Below, piece by piece: positions 61,143 through 64,000 of a stretch of 64,000 nt of DNA. The translations under genes were made by a program, and so were the position numbers. Position 1 is the first letter of the stretch, and every line of letters begins with the position of its first letter. The notes beneath the pieces were generated by a model. That model saw only the letters and a list, made by a program, of their open reading frames with translations, was not told the DNA's origin and did not search any database. Source of the DNA: Ascoidea asiatica JCM 7603 (Eukaryota > Fungi > Ascomycota); NCBI GenBank assembly GCA_001600695.1, contig BCKQ01000008.1, positions 62,001 through 126,000 on the forward strand. Direction: 5' to 3'.

Positions 61143-63155
61143 TCTTTCTTGTCTTTTTATGCTTTCCATTTTAACACACTTGTATTGCACCAACCGATTA
61201 TATTGTATTTTGATGCTTATGATTAACAGCTCAACTACTACTCAACGATATACTATTTAAACGATTATCCTCAAAATGAAGTAATTGATAAAAATCATAA
61301 AACACTATATCAATTGATTTATCAAAATTGCTTACATTTCAATAACTTTTTTTCTATTTAAGATTATTTAAAAGTATAAATAGCAAAACAATTTTAAATA
61401 CATCTAAAAAACATGAATCTTTCTGACTTTTATATCTATAAAGAGTTAGATATAGATTATAATGAAAAAAACAATTAAAAATTATTATAAAAACATTGTT
61501 ATAGGAATTTTTATTTCGGAGATTCAAGAGTGAATCGGAGGGCATTTTGAAAGAATTTCATCCTTTTTTTTCATAATTAACTTTCAATTATTAGTTAAGT
61601 TTCTAATTATAAATCTTTATGATTAGTGGATCAAATAAGTACTTAAATAATCAAATTCGAGTAAACGTAAAAAAAATTATTATTCATTCAATATATGTGT
61701 AACTATTTATATCATATTTTGGAAACCATTTTATTGGTTCTTTGCAGTTTTATATGTTGAAATGGTAACACAACAAAGTATAATATTATCTACCAGTCTT
61801 CTTTGAGTAAATTTTAGTTCATTTTATCAAATGTTTATTAATTTTTTAATTACACTGCTTTTCATTTTTATTTTTACCCATTAAAAGGAAAATATCATTC
61901 AAAGAAAGATGCAAAGCAACATAAGAACATTCTGCCTCGGTTATTACTTTTTCATTAAATTTATTTTGAAATTTGACTTAACCAATAGAGAAAGAGCTTT
62001 TTTATTCAGCTTTAAGTAAAGGATTTCATTGATTTTCGAGATTAAAAATATCGCTTTTTACAAAAATGTAATTACAAAAACTTTATACCAATATAAAAAA
62101 ACGGTTACACCAGATTGAGACCTTCAATTATTGGAAATACTGATTGGTGTTGTCGAAGAAAATATAATGATCAGATATAAACATATTTGGTTTATAAAAC
62201 GAATAATTGGCTAATGACCATCAAGAACAGGATCTCCATAAATTCTAAACGCGAAATGATATATATTTCAGAGAAAATTCCTCTTGACTCTCAACAGGAG
62301 TATGAAAAAGTGGTTAATTTTAGAATTTTCAGACATCCAAATAAGGTTTAGAAGTCTGTTCACTACGGACTCAAACCTAATTTCCCAACTTAAACACTAA
62401 TGTGATTGCCAATGGTATTTCCTAATGTTATTGGCTGTTTGGATAAATTCATGCTTTATTTCCATCTTTTCCACCTACTTGTAGTTCCTTCGTTCTTTCG
62501 TTCTTTCGGCTATTTAAGTATACTCCTTTGATCATATTAAGTAGGACTCTTTGGGCTCATTGGGCTCATTGGACTCATTACTGAAAAATGTAATTGTAAT
62601 ATGAACCTAAGGTTCCAAGCGTGAAAAAAAAAATCATCCTCTTTTATTCAATGAATTGTATTCTATGCTGTCCAATAATGGTGAATTATATGGCTTTTGA
62701 ATTCTCTTCGATAATCTCAATTTCATGGAATAACTTTACCGTAGTATATTATTATTTAACCTAATTCTGACCACCAAATGCAATACCGGCCATTCCATAG
62801 AATACAAAATACTAGTAAATACAATTACATTTACCAAGTTCCTGGAGTAATTCAAATGAAGAAGAAAATAAAATCACCCAATTTTATGAGTTGTATTAGT
62901 TCTTTATGGTAGATGAAAAATCCAAAAGTAATCAATTCAACTCCTTTTTAGGACCAGCAACTAATCAGCCTTGGGTAATATTCGAATTGAGATGATTCAA
63001 TAACAAATCTGGTGGTTAGAAGATTATATAAATAAGTTGAGATTAGTTGTTTTTGTTTTTGATTGAGAGTATTGTTATTCATTATCAAACAGAAATCATC
63101 TCAGGATTTAATACAATAACCTCAAATCATTCGCTTGACATAACAACTTCTCAAA

Positions 63156-63713
63156 ATGAAATTCCAACTTCTCTCTCTTTTAACCTCAGTTTCTTCCATT
63201 TTAGCAGCTGCTATTCCAGGCTCTTCAACTACCTCTTCCACTGAAAGCTTTGGATTGATCATTGAAGCTTCCGAATATCTTGAAATCGATGCTCTTGGAC
63301 TTAATATCAAAGAAGGTATTCTAGGAACCTACTATGTGTATGTTGGGGAATCCACCACAGACTTCGAGACGGTGACCTATGATGCTATTGAAGGAACATT
63401 GTCTTGTGCTCTCACTGCTGCTGATAATGTTGTCAAATCTCTTACAGCTGATTTGGTTTCTGTTGGTACCTGTGAAGCTTTGATATTCAACTCATTGGTT
63501 GCAGATGTTAAATTCACCTTTGACCAGGATAATTATTTATTGAAGAATGGAGAGAAAAAAGAGTTTTATGCTTGTAAGAATATCTTCACAGATTTAGCTG
63601 ATTTATTGGATCTCACTGCCATTGTTGAATTCAATCAAGATAACTTCCTAATTGTTTCTACTAAATTCAACGACAACTGCCATCCAGTTTATGTTAAACA
63701 GTGTGGTTGTTAA
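63156..63713 (+). CDS. Secreted Rhd3/Pga29-like protein, divergent acidic copy A4
   Basis: 185 aa; signal peptide, LGLNIKEG..YYVYVG, KFTFDQDNYLLKNGEK, FYACKN, CHPVYVK. Confidence 0.85.
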   Translation: MKFQLLSLLTSVSSILAAAIPGSSTTSSTESFGLIIEASEYLEIDALGLNIKEGILGTYYVYVGESTTDFETVTYDAIEGTLSCALTAADNVVKSLTADLVSVGTCEALIFNSLVADVKFTFDQDNYLLKNGEKKEFYACKNIFTDLADLLDLTAIVEFNQDNFLIVSTKFNDNCHPVYVKQCGC

Positions 63714-64000
63714 AAAGCAAAAGTCAGTTCTATTTAACTAATAGAAGAAAATTAATTCTCCTCCTTCAATAAACATCTTTCTAATTACATTCTTCAAATA
63801 CATCGTAACTACTTACTTCCAATACTTCTTGCACTTGCAATGTGTCCATATTCCAGAGGTGTTCCTGGTAAGAAGAGACCCAACTGAAAGTGCACCCTCG
63901 GATATCGTTGGAGTCTCGGAGCTTGCGACCTCGAGGCCTAGAACTTTGTTCAATCACTTTCAGACCTGGGATTTTTATGAGATACAATACATTAATATTG

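Noticed and set aside
61069-61260. 63-aa ORF MDESGVEPETF...
   Set aside because: Antisense translation of the tRNA-Ala gene.

Overview
This window is from an extremely AT-rich budding-yeast (Saccharomycotina) chromosome. Its Asn-rich proteins and near-absence of CTG codons resemble Ascoidea-like yeasts, but the species is not verifiable here. The ~53 kb core holds apparently intronless housekeeping genes: an MPS2-like gene, RAP1, a PIG-S/GPI17-like gene, CCT2, CDC28, IFA38, a hydrophilin-like ORF, a STE23-like peptidase, a disrupted FLC/TRP gene, NRK1, RRP1, two atypical synaptobrevins, NMA111, SSS1, MRP35, VPS36, MCM2, PIN2, VAM3, SET1 and an F-box/LRR gene. Short GC-rich promoter islands separate these genes. 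Both ends carry mirror-image accessory modules: identical 73-bp tRNA-Ala(AGC) genes in inverted orientation (5231-5303 and 61070-61142), each ~2.0 kb from a divergently transcribed member of a four-copy family of GPI-less, Cys-containing, secreted Rhd3/Pga29-like proteins. The main leads are: (1) this possibly inverted or invertible 56-kb segment; (2) two tandem R-SNAREs with Asn replacing the zero-layer Arg; (3) genomically encoded G37 in tRNA-Ala(AGC); (4) a GC-rich MRP35 gene inside a promoter island among genes with almost no G/C-ending codons; (5) a telomere-like, G-quadruplex-pattern repeat inside RAP1. All homology calls are from motif recognition by eye; no searches were run.
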